A stretch of 64,000 nt of DNA from Escherichia coli (GTDB lineage Bacteria; Pseudomonadota; Gammaproteobacteria; Enterobacterales; Enterobacteriaceae): assembly GCF_016026235.1 (NCBI RefSeq), contig NZ_CP065613.1, one strand, 5' to 3'. Below the pieces are notes generated by a model. The model was not told the origin of the DNA. It ran no database searches and saw nothing but the letters and a program-made list of their open reading frames with translations. Below, in pieces: positions 22,369 through 32,840 of the stretch (within the stretch, counting starts at the first letter, position 1; every line of letters begins with the position of its first letter). The position numbers and the translations under genes were made by a program.

Positions 22369-23499
22369 ATGTTCGAGAAAATGAAAAACAATGTAACCCG
22401 TATGCCGGGGAATTTAACAAAACTTAATCAATACCAAAAAGACATTGATCACCTGTCTAAACTATTTTCTGAACAGCAATTACTGGAACTAATGACGACT
22501 ACCGAATCCGATCAAATATTGCAAATGAAGCCTGCTGTAGATATTCTTCATGTACTATCTCCATCAGCATCTACTGCTAAGCATATCAATTTTTTTCAGC
22601 ACGTCCCAGTGCTCGAACAATGGTTAAAAAAGGAGTGCACTGCCTTTAATTTACTGGCAGTACATTTCTATTCACAGCAATCCCGTAAAAATGTAATTCC
22701 GAAAGAAATCTGTATGCTACTGGATGCATTTATTGAAACTGAACTTTCATCTGCGGTTAATGGTAATAATAATGCCGAACTCCTTTCTTGTTTTCAAAAC
22801 ACGCTGGATAAAATGTGCAATACACTAACATTTATAGACCACACAGTTACGGAACAATCAGGTCAAGTAGCAATGCTTGATTTCAGCGCAAAAATGCATG
22901 AATATACTGTTGAAATCAGGACCTTTTTGAAGTCTGAATACTGGCTAAACAAACTACCTAAGGATATTAACATTCCAGCCATTGACCTATCCTGGCTTGT
23001 GTTTTGTTACTTTTGCTCTGAATATCTTTTTGTATTTATTCAAACAACGCTCAATACAATGAAGGCAGGAAAAATCATTCGTGATAACTACCTTTATCAT
23101 CCTAAAATGATTGCATTGATCATTTTATCTATGCTGCCTTATGAAGTCATTCATAACGATGGATCACTGAATAAGTTTAAAACGCCTTTAACCAGCCCTG
23201 ATGAGTTCATAATCAAATCTATTTGCATTAAAGGTAAGCAAAACACTACAGGGCATAAAAAAGATATAGAACAATTGCTTCGTAAGACATATATCTATAT
23301 TGCATTACTCTTAAACCCTGAGTGGGCACCATCTTCCAAGGAGTTGATTTCCTTTTTATCAGGAAAGTCCTCAGTGATAAGTGGTTCACTCAACTTCCAG
23401 TCAACCTCCAGTGGTCTGGGTGTTCAAACAAACAATATAACTCTTCTTAAGAATGAGGTTTACTTCGAAAAAATAGCGAACAAGATCATGAAACTGTAG
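22369..23499 (+). CDS. Hypothetical protein, AT-rich, no recognisable domain, 376 aa
   Basis: Long ORF in the same AT-rich stretch; 'gaggataaaatt' SD precedes the ATG. Confidence 0.5.
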   Translation: MFEKMKNNVTRMPGNLTKLNQYQKDIDHLSKLFSEQQLLELMTTTESDQILQMKPAVDILHVLSPSASTAKHINFFQHVPVLEQWLKKECTAFNLLAVHFYSQQSRKNVIPKEICMLLDAFIETELSSAVNGNNNAELLSCFQNTLDKMCNTLTFIDHTVTEQSGQVAMLDFSAKMHEYTVEIRTFLKSEYWLNKLPKDINIPAIDLSWLVFCYFCSEYLFVFIQTTLNTMKAGKIIRDNYLYHPKMIALIILSMLPYEVIHNDGSLNKFKTPLTSPDEFIIKSICIKGKQNTTGHKKDIEQLLRKTYIYIALLLNPEWAPSSKELISFLSGKSSVISGSLNFQSTSSGLGVQTNNITLLKNEVYFEKIANKIMKL

Positions 23500-23642
23500 T
23501 TTCTTAATATAATGGCGACATGGAATTGTGTTGCCATTATATCCGAATCTGCGTTTTTTCACCTGATGAACTGTGAAAGCTGTAACTGGCAGACTATAAC
23601 CTCACATCGTATTTTTCCAGTGTCATTTACAGGAGAAATACG

Positions 23643-24779
23643 ATGCCTATTCTGGATCTGCGTTTCAGCAACAAATCAATTCACCAACTTCCACATCCCC
23701 TCACGGGTTGTCAGGAATACCGTGATATTCACTGCCAAAACCTGCGTGCTCTGGTGTATCCCAATCGGATCACGCTGGCCTTTCGTGCCACTATAAACAA
23801 TCAGCGTATATATGAAACCCTGGGTCAGTTCCCTCAGCTCTGCGTTGAGGATGCCCGTCAGCATGTGATGAAACTGCTTGCTGATAAAAATCGTCTTGCG
23901 GTTCAGTCCCGTCGATTCACTGTGGAACAGGCCATCAATGACCTGTGGCTACCGGATTTGCAGTTGTATAAAAAGAGTCCTCAGTCAGAGTTGTCAAAAC
24001 TCAACCTCTACGTTCGCCCGTTCTGGGGCAAGCGGCAACTTCGCGACATCACGGCAGGAGAACTAGAACAATATGCTGCTGGCTTACGGGAAAAATTACG
24101 TCCGTCAACAGTAAACCGTATCCTCGCAATATTGTCCAAAATATGCTCTCTGGCAGTACGTGCTGGATGGATCACACATTCCCCGATGTCACATGTCCGC
24201 TATCTGAAAGAAAATAACATTCGCTATCGCACACTGTCAGCGACAGAAATCCCGCGCTTTATTGACGCGGCAACAGCGCTGCAAACACCGGCAGCTGATT
24301 CTATATTGCTTGCTCTTTATACGGGGATGCGTATTGGTGAGGTATGTACCCTGAAATGGGAGTACTGGCACCCGGATATGCATCAACTCATACTGCCTGA
24401 TACAAAGTCCGGACACCCTTTCACCTGCCCACTTGCACCTCCAGCCATTGCAGTTGTCCAGTGCCAGCAGGACCTGATGCTCAGCAAAACTTACATTTTT
24501 CCACAACTAACCGACAATGCCCGCCCTCTGGCATATCCGCGTGCAACCTTTGCCCGTATTTGCCGGGATGCCGACATTGATAACCTGCGGATGCATGACC
24601 TGCGCCGTACCTTTGCCACCCGGGTACTACAGGCGACCGGGGATATTGCAATCGCTTCCCATCTGCTAAATCACCATTCACTCACGGCGACCCGTCGCTA
24701 CGCTTTTCACAATGCAGCGACATCACACGCAGTGGTTTCTCAGGTCATAGAAAGTTATGACACAAAAATGAACCTATGA
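23643..24779 (+). CDS. Tyrosine recombinase / phage-type integrase (second integrase of the island), 378 aa
   Basis: Catalytic-domain pattern 'LYTGMRIGEV...MHDLRRTFATR...LNHHSLTATRRYA' (R..H-x-x-R..Y); SD 'aggaga' before the ATG. Confidence 0.8.
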   Translation: MPILDLRFSNKSIHQLPHPLTGCQEYRDIHCQNLRALVYPNRITLAFRATINNQRIYETLGQFPQLCVEDARQHVMKLLADKNRLAVQSRRFTVEQAINDLWLPDLQLYKKSPQSELSKLNLYVRPFWGKRQLRDITAGELEQYAAGLREKLRPSTVNRILAILSKICSLAVRAGWITHSPMSHVRYLKENNIRYRTLSATEIPRFIDAATALQTPAADSILLALYTGMRIGEVCTLKWEYWHPDMHQLILPDTKSGHPFTCPLAPPAIAVVQCQQDLMLSKTYIFPQLTDNARPLAYPRATFARICRDADIDNLRMHDLRRTFATRVLQATGDIAIASHLLNHHSLTATRRYAFHNAATSHAVVSQVIESYDTKMNL

Positions 24780-24921
24780 TCTGTGATTCGTGATTGATGC
24801 AACACTCGTTTAAGGACGGTATTGTCATTGCATGCTTCTGCAGGGCCCTGCATTAAGTCATCACAGAATGTGGATTGATATTAAATCCGCGTGGCTTCTT
24901 ATTCTCTGAAACCGGAGGTTT

Positions 24922-25050
24922 ATGTATTTAACCATTAAGCAGTTCGCAGAAAGATTTAATCTTTCTGCATCCACGGTTGCGTCAGATATATCGCGCAACC
25001 CCGGAAAACTCCCGCCCTTCATCAGAATTGGGCGGGCTATACGATTCTCT
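24922..25050 (+). pseudogene. AlpA-like helix-turn-helix regulator/excisionase gene truncated by IS1
   Basis: 'MYLTIKQFAERFNLSASTVASDISRNPGKLPPFIRIGRAIRF' resembles AlpA-family phage regulators; reading frame runs into the IS1 terminal repeat at 25051. Confidence 0.55.
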
Positions 25051-25065
25051 GGTAATGACTCCAAC

Positions 25066-25569
25066 TTACTGATAGTGTTTTATGTTCAGATAATGCCCGA
25101 TGACCTTGTCATGCAGCTCCACCGATTTTGAGAACGACAGTGACTTCCGTCCCAGCCTTGCCAGATGTTGTCTCAGATTCAGATTATGTCGCTCAATGCG
25201 CTGAGTGTAACGCTTGCTGATAACGTGCAGCTTTCCCTTCAGGCGTGATTCATACAGCGGCCAGCCATCCGTCATCCATACCACGACCTCAAAGGCCGAC
25301 AGCAGGCTCAGAAGACGCTCCAGTGTGGCCAGAGTGCGTTCACCGAAGACGTGCGCCACAACCGTCCTCCGTATCCTGTCATACGCGTAAAACAGCCAGC
25401 GCTGACGTGATTTAGCACCGACGTAGCCCCACTGTTCGTCCATTTCAGCGCAGACAATCACATCACTGCCCGGTTGTATGCGCGAGGTTACCGACTGCGG
25501 CCTGAGTTTTTTAAGTGACGTAAAACCGTGTTGAGGCCAACGCCCATAATGCGTGCACTGGCGCGACAT
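25066..25569 (-). CDS. insB: IS1 InsB frame (variant isoform)
   Basis: -1 frame overlapping insA within the IS1. Confidence 0.85.
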   Translation of the reverse strand: MSRQCTHYGRWPQHGFTSLKKLRPQSVTSRIQPGSDVIVCAEMDEQWGYVGAKSRQRWLFYAYDRIRRTVVAHVFGERTLATLERLLSLLSAFEVVVWMTDGWPLYESRLKGKLHVISKRYTQRIERHNLNLRQHLARLGRKSLSFSKSVELHDKVIGHYLNIKHYQ

Positions 25570-25763
25570 CCGACGCCATTCATGGCCATATCAATGATTT
25601 TCTGGTGCGTACCGGGCTGAGAGGCGGTGTAAGTGAACTGTAGTTGCCATGTTTTACGGCAATGAGAGCAGAGATAGCGCTGATGTCCGGCAGTGCTTTT
25701 GCCGTTACGCACCACGCCTTCAGTAGCGGAGCAGGAAGGACATCTGATGGAAATGGAAGCCAC
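25488..25763 (-). CDS. insA: IS1 InsA (variant isoform)
   Basis: '[37 protein letters not shown]...'. Confidence 0.9.
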   Translation of the reverse strand: MASISIRCPSCSATEGVVRNGKSTAGHQRYLCSHCRKTWQLQFTYTASQPGTHQKIIDMAMNGVGCRASARIMGVGLNTVLRHLKNSGRSR

Positions 25764-25936
25764 GCAAGCACCTTAAAATCACCATCATACACTAAATCAG
25801 TAAGTTGGCAGCATTACCCATCTTCAAATGGGAGTACCAGCTCTGTTTTCAACAGACTCATTACTGACTCCGGAAGAAGGAGCGACGGCAGGTCTTGCCA
25901 GTTCGAGACAAATTTCATTGAATAATCCTCATAAAC

Positions 25937-25972
25937 AAAAAACCCGATACGATTAACGTATCGGGGTTTTTA
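25937..25972. terminator. Rho-independent terminator-like hairpin (aaaaaacccgatacg-attaa-cgtatcggggttttt), bidirectional
   Basis: Perfect 10-bp stem flanked by A-run and T-run. Confidence 0.7.
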
Positions 25973-26013
25973 TACATCCGCATAACTATTATTTACAGTT
26001 ATTGGTTTTCTAT

Positions 26014-26256
26014 TTAAATTCTTTCATAATACCCACAGTCCATACAGATAAGCACTGGCGCATTATTTCTTTCACACTGTTCAAGGAATCCAAATAGTTT
26101 TTTAATAGCCTTAATAATTTCTTTCAGTATTTCAGGTAAAAACTCCAGGCTAATATACCCAGAGCGTTTATTATCGGTTATCGATGGCAGTTTTCCTGCT
26201 GAACTTATCAATGTATTACAACTGCCACACTGTGGGCATTTTAAATGCATCCTCAT
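26014..26256 (-). CDS. Small zinc-ribbon protein (two CxxC pairs), 80 aa, AT-rich
   Basis: 'CPQCGSC' near the N-terminus and 'CMDCGYY' near the C-terminus. Confidence 0.45.
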   Translation of the reverse strand: MRMHLKCPQCGSCNTLISSAGKLPSITDNKRSGYISLEFLPEILKEIIKAIKKLFGFLEQCERNNAPVLICMDCGYYERI

Positions 26257-26286
26257 TCTCCATATTTATAGTTTGCTAAAAAGTAG

Positions 26287-27486
26287 TCACATCTGCTTCG
26301 TAGCCGCAGTATTCAGAAGCAGGTCAGTCACTCCCTGCCCTGTCTGACGCATACGTTCCGGTGTTAATTTCGCGTAACGTTCTGTACTCTGAATACTGGC
26401 ATGCGCCAGTTGGGCTTTAACGTCATACAGGCTGAATTGACCACTCGAAACCAGTAAAGAGGCAACAGAATGACGTGTGGTGTGAAAACAGACTTCATTC
26501 TTGTCTATACCGCACTGTGCCAGTATTTTTTCATATGCCCATCGGGGTTCCGATATCGGTTTTCCATTATCCTTAATGGCGAACAGATACGGATTACTGC
26601 CAACTCGTGGGATAGCATCAATAATCGATAATGCGGCATCGCTTAGATATACCGTCCGACTGCGACCATTTTTTGTATAAGGAATGAACAGAGTACGATT
26701 GGCCCGGTCGATATGTTCATGCCTGACATTAAGCATTTCTGATTTGCGTGTACCGGTTAACAACAACATGGCTATCAATCCCCCGGCAGCTTTGTTGGGA
26801 TATTGGGTAGCAGCGTCAAGAATGCGCCTGATCTCATCAGCATCAAAAAAGCGCGTCCGCTGATTATTCTCTTTCAGTAAAGGGATCTTATCGGCTTCAT
26901 TCTTTTCCAGCACATCCTGTCGCAACGCATAACGCCCCATCGTTTTCAGAATAGCAAGGGCTCTGTTACAGGTAGACGGCGCATATTGCTGCCCGTGAAT
27001 ACGCCCCTCCAGCATGTCAAACAGCACCTGTTGTATCTCTCTGGCCCTGAGATCGCAGTAACGTATCTTTCCCAGACGAGGTTCAATGTATTGCGTGAAA
27101 CGCTGAACATCCTTATCCCAGGACTTTTTATGGCGTTTGATGAACGGAACATAGGTCTGGTGAAAAAACTCACTAAGTGTTGGCATCGCACGATAATTAT
27201 CGCGTTCTGCTTTAGGGTCATTTCCCAGTGCAATCGCCTCCTTATGACGGCGAGCTATCTGGCGAGCTGTCCCCACATCAATTTCAGGGAATCTGCCAAT
27301 ACTGATACTTTTTTTGGTACCGTGGAATGTGTAGCGCAGGAGGAAACGTTTGTTACCCGTTCGACCTGAGAGACATTTGAGGCCAATAACTTCGGTATCA
27401 GATACCTCAAGCTCTGTAGATCTGGTATCTGTGTTTGCCGGAAGGGCTTTGATGGATGAATTGGTGAATCGGAAGGATTTTTGCAT
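26287..27486 (-). CDS. int: P4-type tyrosine integrase (tRNA-proximal integrase of the island); probable start at the Met at 27486, ORF extends to 27516
   Basis: 'LLLTGTRKSEMLNVRHEHI' and 'CFHTTRHSVASLL...STERYAKL' catalytic motifs; N-terminal 'FTNSSIKALP' arm-binding region; 'gaggat' SD before the ATG at 27486. Confidence 0.85.
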   Translation of the reverse strand: MQKSFRFTNSSIKALPANTDTRSTELEVSDTEVIGLKCLSGRTGNKRFLLRYTFHGTKKSISIGRFPEIDVGTARQIARRHKEAIALGNDPKAERDNYRAMPTLSEFFHQTYVPFIKRHKKSWDKDVQRFTQYIEPRLGKIRYCDLRAREIQQVLFDMLEGRIHGQQYAPSTCNRALAILKTMGRYALRQDVLEKNEADKIPLLKENNQRTRFFDADEIRRILDAATQYPNKAAGGLIAMLLLTGTRKSEMLNVRHEHIDRANRTLFIPYTKNGRSRTVYLSDAALSIIDAIPRVGSNPYLFAIKDNGKPISEPRWAYEKILAQCGIDKNEVCFHTTRHSVASLLVSSGQFSLYDVKAQLAHASIQSTERYAKLTPERMRQTGQGVTDLLLNTAATKQM

Positions 27487-27566
27487 ATTTATCCTCATGT
27501 ATCTGATTGATATCATGGAGATAATATATATCTGAAGGTGTTTTTATTACGGGGCAGGATTGAAGA

Positions 27567-28307
27567 ATGGAAAAGCTATTAGACGCGTACAAACGGATAT
27601 TACAGGAAGTTGACGCCCAGTCATTTAACCTGAATGAGGATAAATACTCAGGCGTCTTTTTACCCGTGCCCTTTGAAGAATACTGGCACTCACCGGTAAA
27701 AATCATACTGGTTGGACGTGAAACCGCTGGCTGGAATACTCTGAATGGTAAGAACACGATATCACGGGTGCTGGGACTTATACCTGACGTCACCATCGGG
27801 CAGGTGGTTGGAGAGGCTGTAGATCGTTACAGGAATCATCTTCCGGTACAAAATGATGGCACCACGAACCTCAAATCACGTAGCCGCTTCACGCAGTATC
27901 ATTTCCGGCTGGCCCGGGAGCTTAATATTCCTCCTCAGGCTATCGTGTATGCCAATCTACTGGCGTGGGATTACGACGGACTGACCCCTCTCAATCGCCC
28001 TCAAAATGAAGTGCAGGAAGTTATATTAGCCTCGCTGAAGCTGCTGGCGGTACAAATTAAACACCTTGAGCCTGATTTCATCATCTTTGCATCCGGAGCC
28101 CGGAGAACAGACTACATCATAAAACAGGTGCTTACTGAGCTGGGCGGCTATGAGACTTCTGCAGTCATTCCGGGGAAGCTATGGGAGTTCAAAACAGGTA
28201 ATGCAATCTGTTTCAGAATTGCCCATCCACGGGCTATGCGCGGACACCAGAAGTACAGAGATGAGGTGATTGCACGAATTAAGCAACTTTGTACTCAGGG
28301 TGGCTAG
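27567..28307 (+). CDS. Hypothetical protein, 246 aa; weak resemblance to a uracil-DNA-glycosylase-like fold
   Basis: ORF between the integrase and the tRNA; 'KIILVGRETAGW' and 'IAHPRAMRGH' loosely resemble UDG motifs A and B. Confidence 0.5.
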   Translation: MEKLLDAYKRILQEVDAQSFNLNEDKYSGVFLPVPFEEYWHSPVKIILVGRETAGWNTLNGKNTISRVLGLIPDVTIGQVVGEAVDRYRNHLPVQNDGTTNLKSRSRFTQYHFRLARELNIPPQAIVYANLLAWDYDGLTPLNRPQNEVQEVILASLKLLAVQIKHLEPDFIIFASGARRTDYIIKQVLTELGGYETSAVIPGKLWEFKTGNAICFRIAHPRAMRGHQKYRDEVIARIKQLCTQGG

Positions 28308-28491
28308 AGCATTACAGCTTGCTCAGCGGCCCCCTTCCCGGAAGCGTACCGGAAAACAGGCAAAGCGGCCTGGTTCTCTATGCTGGAAGCGACACGTTCG
28401 ATTCGGCATTGCCAGGCTGAAGATTGCAGCTCATCGCACCCCGTGAGCACAGGATATGCACAGGACATGAATTTCAGGCACAAAAAAACCA

Positions 28492-28520
28492 CCCGGAGGT
28501 GGTTTCACGACACTGCTTAT
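28492..28520 (-). terminator. Rho-independent terminator of the glyW-cysT-leuZ tRNA operon
   Basis: Minus-strand hairpin 'gaaaccacctccgggtggttt' followed by a T-run, directly 3' of tRNA-Leu. Confidence 0.8.
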
Positions 28521-28546
28521 TGCTTTGATTATTCTTGTCTTTCCCA

Positions 28547-28633
28547 TGGTACCCGGAGCGGGACTTGAACCCGCACAGCGCGAACGCCGAGGGATTTTAA
28601 ATCCCTTGTGTCTACCGATTCCACCATCCGGGC
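28547..28633 (-). tRNA. leuZ: tRNA-Leu (anticodon UAA), 87 nt
   Basis: Minus-strand sequence gcccggatggtggaatcggtagacacaagggattTAAaatccc...gggtacca; long variable arm and CCA end. Confidence 0.95.
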
Positions 28634-28645
28634 TCGGGAAGAAAA

Positions 28646-28719
28646 TGGAGGCGCGTTCCGGAGTCGAACCGGACTAGACGGATTTGCAATCCGCTACATA
28701 ACCGCTTTGTTAACGCGCC
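28646..28719 (-). tRNA. cysT: tRNA-Cys (anticodon GCA), 74 nt
   Basis: Minus-strand sequence ggcgcgttaacaaagcggttatgtagcggattGCAaatccg...cgcctcca. Confidence 0.95.
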
Positions 28720-28773
28720 AAATTCTTCAGGCCTTTCAGCCAGACATCCGCTTGACGCCGATGTCTTTTAAAC

Positions 28774-28849
<76 letters not shown>

Positions 28850-29000
28850 ATTCATCAAGCAATCAGTTAATCACTTGATTTTATTATCGTCTGGCAATCA
28901 GTGCCGCCGTTCGATGCGTTGCATTCTACTTACCTGGCGCGATGAGTCAACGATATTTTTCACCACTTTTGATCGTTTGCTGAAAATTACGCCGAAACGA

Positions 29001-29549
29001 TCACTGATCAAGCAAATCTGCACGCGCAGCGCTCAAATATTGCAACATTGACCACAGAGTCAGTACCGCAGCCACAAAGAAAAGTGCAATACCGGCGTAC
29101 TCAACCCAAATGTTCGGACGCCACAGCAGCCAGGCCAACGCCACCATCTGGGCAGTGGTTTTCACTTTCCCAATCCAGGAGACAGCCACGCTACTGCGTT
29201 TACCCAACTCCGCCATCCATTCGCGTAGCGCAGAAATAATAATTTCACGGGCGATCATCGTTGCCGCCGGTAGGGTCACCCACCAGCTGTGATAATGCTC
29301 GGTTACCAGCACCATGGCGATAGCCACGAGAACTTTATCTGCTACAGGGTCAAGGAAAGCACCAAACCGGGTACTCTGGTTCCAGCGGCGTGCCAGAAAA
29401 CCATCGAACCAGTCAGTCACCGCCGCGACGCAGAAAATGAGCGCGGCGGCAAACGGCGACCAGGTGACAGGCAGATAAAAGACCAATACAAAGAATGGGA
29501 TAAGGATGACACGGAACAGTGTAAGCAACGTAGGGATATTAAATTGCAT
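29001..29549 (-). CDS. pgsA: CDP-diacylglycerol--glycerol-3-phosphate 3-phosphatidyltransferase
   Basis: 182-aa membrane protein with CDP-alcohol phosphotransferase motif '[10 protein letters not shown]...[10 protein letters not shown]'; conserved position next to glyW. Confidence 0.95.
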
Positions 29550-29605
29550 AATGACGGGTAACTATCTGTTGTCAGTAAGATTACCCCTATGTTGCTACAG
29601 AGACA

Positions 29606-31438
29606 TCAATGTTTCAACGACCAGAAGATCTTTTCTGCCAGACCTTGCGAAATACCCGGCACTTTTGCAATTTCCTCGACGCTGGCGTTACGTAAACCTT
29701 GCAAACCGCCCATATATTTCAACAACATTTGCCGACGTTTTGGCCCGACGCCTTCAATGGTTTCCAGGGAACTGGTATTTTTGACTTTCGCCCGTTTTTT
29801 ACGGTGCCCGCCAATCGCGTGATCATGTGATTCATCGCGAATATGCTGGATAACATGCAGCGCGGGTGAATCTGGCGGCAAACTAAATCCCTCACCTTCC
29901 GGCTCAAAGAACAGCGTTTCCAGTCCAGCCTTACGATCTGCTCCTTTGGCAACGCCAAGTAGCAGCGGATGATTTTTATCCCATGAGACATCCAGTTCGG
30001 CGAAGACATTTTTCGCCTGCGCAAGCTGGCCTTTGCCGCCGTCGATAAGGATCACATCCGGGATCTTACTGTCGTCAATGGCTTTACCATAACGCCGACG
30101 CAGCACCTGATTCATCGCCGCATAATCATCGCCCGGCGTAATGCCAGTAATGTTATAGCGCCGATACTCCGCACGCAGCGGGCCGTTAGCATCAAACACC
30201 ACACAGGAGGCGACGGTTTGTTCACCCATGGTATGGCTGATGTCAAAGCACTCCATCCGCTTCACTTCCGGCAATTTCAACACGCTGGCAAGCGCGGTCA
30301 GCCGCTGGTGAACGGTAGATTGCTGCGAAAGTTTGCTGGTTAAGGCCGTCGCCGCATTGGTACGCGCGAGTTTCAGATAACGCGCTCTATCGCCACGAGG
30401 TTTGGTTTGAACATTAATCTTGCGTCCCGCCAGTTCTGAAAGGGAATCGGCGAGCAGCGTTTTATCGCTAAGATTAAAATCGAGCAGGATCTCACCCGGT
30501 AAGGTGCGCATCTGGCTGCCTTGTAAATAGAACTGACCTACGAAGGTTTCCACCACCTCGCTCAGTTCCGTACCGCCAGGCACTTTCGGGAAATAGCTGC
30601 GGCTGCCGAGCACTTTGCCCTGACGAATGAACAATACGTGGACACAAGCCATGCCCGCATCGAACGCCACACCAATAACGTCAAGGTCGTCGCCGGTATT
30701 AGAAACAAACTGTTTTTCGGTGACGCGTCGCACCGCCTGAATTTGGTCGCGAATACGTGCCGCTTCTTCAAACTCCAGATTCTGGCTGGCAGTTTCCATA
30801 CGGCTAATCAGTTGCGTAAGCACCTGATCATCTTTGCCAGACAAAAACAGGCGCACATACTCGACCTGCTGAGCGTATTCTTCTTCACTCACCAGTCCTT
30901 CAACGCACGGTCCCAGACAGCGCCCTATCTGATATTGCAGACACGGACGCGAGCGATTGCGATAAACACTATTTTCGCACTGGCGAATGAGGAATATCTT
31001 TTGCAGTAGCGCCAGTGTTTCACGTACGGCATAGCCATTCGGGAACGGGCCGAAATATTCACCTTTGGCATGCTTCGCACCACGATGCATCGCCAGACGC
31101 GGGTGGGTATCGCCACTCAGGAAGATAAAAGGATAAGATTTATCATCGCGTAGCAAAACGTTGTAACGCGGCTGATAGAGTTTGATGTAGTTGTGTTCCA
31201 GCAACAGCGCTTCGGTTTCTGTGTGAGTAACCGTTACATCAATTTGCTGGATCTGGGCGACCAGCGCTTCGGTTTTGCGCGAAGCGAGGTTGCTACGGAA
31301 ATAGCTGGAAAGCCGTTTTTTCAGGTCTTTCGCTTTGCCGACATAGATAACCGTACCACCAGCATCGTACATGCGATAAACGCCTGGCTGGCTGGTTACG
31401 GTTTTTAAAAACGCTTTTGCGTCAAACTGATCACTCAC
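29606..31438 (-). CDS. uvrC: Excinuclease ABC subunit C
   Basis: 610 aa; N-terminal GIY-YIG '[24 protein letters not shown]'; C-terminal helix-hairpin-helix. Confidence 0.95.
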   Translation of the reverse strand: MSDQFDAKAFLKTVTSQPGVYRMYDAGGTVIYVGKAKDLKKRLSSYFRSNLASRKTEALVAQIQQIDVTVTHTETEALLLEHNYIKLYQPRYNVLLRDDKSYPFIFLSGDTHPRLAMHRGAKHAKGEYFGPFPNGYAVRETLALLQKIFLIRQCENSVYRNRSRPCLQYQIGRCLGPCVEGLVSEEEYAQQVEYVRLFLSGKDDQVLTQLISRMETASQNLEFEEAARIRDQIQAVRRVTEKQFVSNTGDDLDVIGVAFDAGMACVHVLFIRQGKVLGSRSYFPKVPGGTELSEVVETFVGQFYLQGSQMRTLPGEILLDFNLSDKTLLADSLSELAGRKINVQTKPRGDRARYLKLARTNAATALTSKLSQQSTVHQRLTALASVLKLPEVKRMECFDISHTMGEQTVASCVVFDANGPLRAEYRRYNITGITPGDDYAAMNQVLRRRYGKAIDDSKIPDVILIDGGKGQLAQAKNVFAELDVSWDKNHPLLLGVAKGADRKAGLETLFFEPEGEGFSLPPDSPALHVIQHIRDESHDHAIGGHRKKRAKVKNTSSLETIEGVGPKRRQMLLKYMGGLQGLRNASVEEIAKVPGISQGLAEKIFWSLKH

Positions 31439-32091
31439 TGACTTGATAATGTCTCCGCATTACACAGACCATGGCGAATTGCCAGGTGAGTCAGCTCAAC
31501 ATCGCCATGAATGTTTAGTTTACTGAACATACGATAGCGGTAGCTGTTCACCGTTTTCGGACTGAGATTGAGCTGTTCTGAGATCTCATTGACCTTCTGG
31601 CCCTTGGTGATCATCAGCATAATCTGCAATTCACGTTCAGACAAACTGGCAAATGGGCTTTCTGTTTTTTCTGGTTCGATCTGGCTTAACGCCATTTGTT
31701 GAGCGATATCAGAAGCAATGTAACGCTGCCCTGAATAGACAGAACGAATCGCACTCACGACTTCCTGCGGAGCCGCGCCTTTGCTGAGGTAGCCCGCAGC
31801 ACCGGCCTGCATGACTTTAGCTGGTAAAGGGTTTTCTGTATGGACGGTAAGCATGATGATTTTGACATCAGCTGTGGAACGCGCGATTTTACGCGTCGCC
31901 TCAAGACCGCCAATGCCCGGCATACTCATGTCCATTAGCACCACGTCAACGGCATTTGTCCGGCACCACTTAACGGCGTCTTCACCGCACGATGCCTCAC
32001 CGACGACTTTTATACCCTTTATATCTTCCAGAATGCGTCGTATCCCTGCGCGCACCAGTTCGTGGTCATCAACAAGTAGAACGTTGATCAA
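31435..32091 (-). CDS. uvrY: Response regulator UvrY (BarA/UvrY two-component system), LuxR-type HTH
   Basis: 218 aa; receiver domain '[16 protein letters not shown]...[11 protein letters not shown]'; overlaps the uvrC start. Confidence 0.95.
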   Translation of the reverse strand: MINVLLVDDHELVRAGIRRILEDIKGIKVVGEASCGEDAVKWCRTNAVDVVLMDMSMPGIGGLEATRKIARSTADVKIIMLTVHTENPLPAKVMQAGAAGYLSKGAAPQEVVSAIRSVYSGQRYIASDIAQQMALSQIEPEKTESPFASLSERELQIMLMITKGQKVNEISEQLNLSPKTVNSYRYRMFSKLNIHGDVELTHLAIRHGLCNAETLSSQ

Positions 32092-32549
32092 AGGAATATC
32101 TCCAGAAATAGGGATAACGCTACTGATAGTTAGTCATTCGTATATTAGCGGTTTTTATTGCAACTTTGAAACGTTAAAAATGGTGGGTATTCGATTTTTC
32201 TCTCGTTTTTGTCAATTCGATTGTCCACAGTTATGGTCACGCCCGTCACCAACGGCTTACCGGATCGTTTCACAGTAAGCCCTGCGACGAAATGTGACAA
32301 AAATTACCTTTATTCAGCAAAAATGAAAATCAGCCCGCTGAATATGTAACATTAATTAACCCGAACAATACGGGCAAAAAACATTCATGATAAAAATATT
32401 TATTGGTCATTATATTAACGCATTTAATAGCACCGTTGACGATACGCTCAAAAAACAACCACTGCTATTTTTAGCAAAGCTTATGGTATACTCCGCCGCC
32501 TTAACATTTTTCACCGCAAATTTTCATTGCAACATGACGAGGAAAATAA

Positions 32550-32774
32550 ATGAGTACGCCTGATTTTTCTACTGCCGAGAATAATCAAGAACTGGCAAAT
32601 GAAGTCTCCTGCCTGAAAGCGATGCTGACGCTGATGCTGCAGGCGATGGGACAAGCTGACGCGGGCCGCGTGATGTTAAAGATGGAAAAACAGCTTGCGC
32701 TGATCGAAGACGAAACCCAGGCTGCAGTATTTTCCAAAACGGTTAAGCAAATTAAACAAGCCTACCGTCAGTAA
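32550..32774 (+). CDS. yecF: DUF2594 small protein YecF
   Basis: 74-aa ORF in the conserved position between uvrY and sdiA. Confidence 0.85.
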
Positions 32775-32778
32775 TATA

Positions 32779-32815
32779 AAACCGGCTGAGAGCGTGCCTT
32801 TCAGCCGGTTTTTGC
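32779..32815. terminator. Rho-independent terminator (aaaccggctga...tcagccggttttt) shared by yecF and sdiA
   Basis: Stem-loop plus T-run directly after the yecF stop. Confidence 0.75.
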
Positions 32816-32840
32816 ATCTGACACGCAGAAAGAAAAGAGA

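Larger units (their letters stand above)
25051..25818 (-). mobile_element. IS1 (complete 768 bp, divergent isoform) without a detectable target-site duplication
   Basis: Both terminal repeats present; InsA differs at several residues from copies 1 and 2; flanks 'cgattctct' / 'catcttcaa' do not match. Confidence 0.9.

Noticed and set aside
29719-31009. ORFs nested in uvrC (29719..30024 minus strand, 30638..31009 plus strand)
   Set aside because: Alternate-frame or antisense ORFs inside a highly conserved gene.
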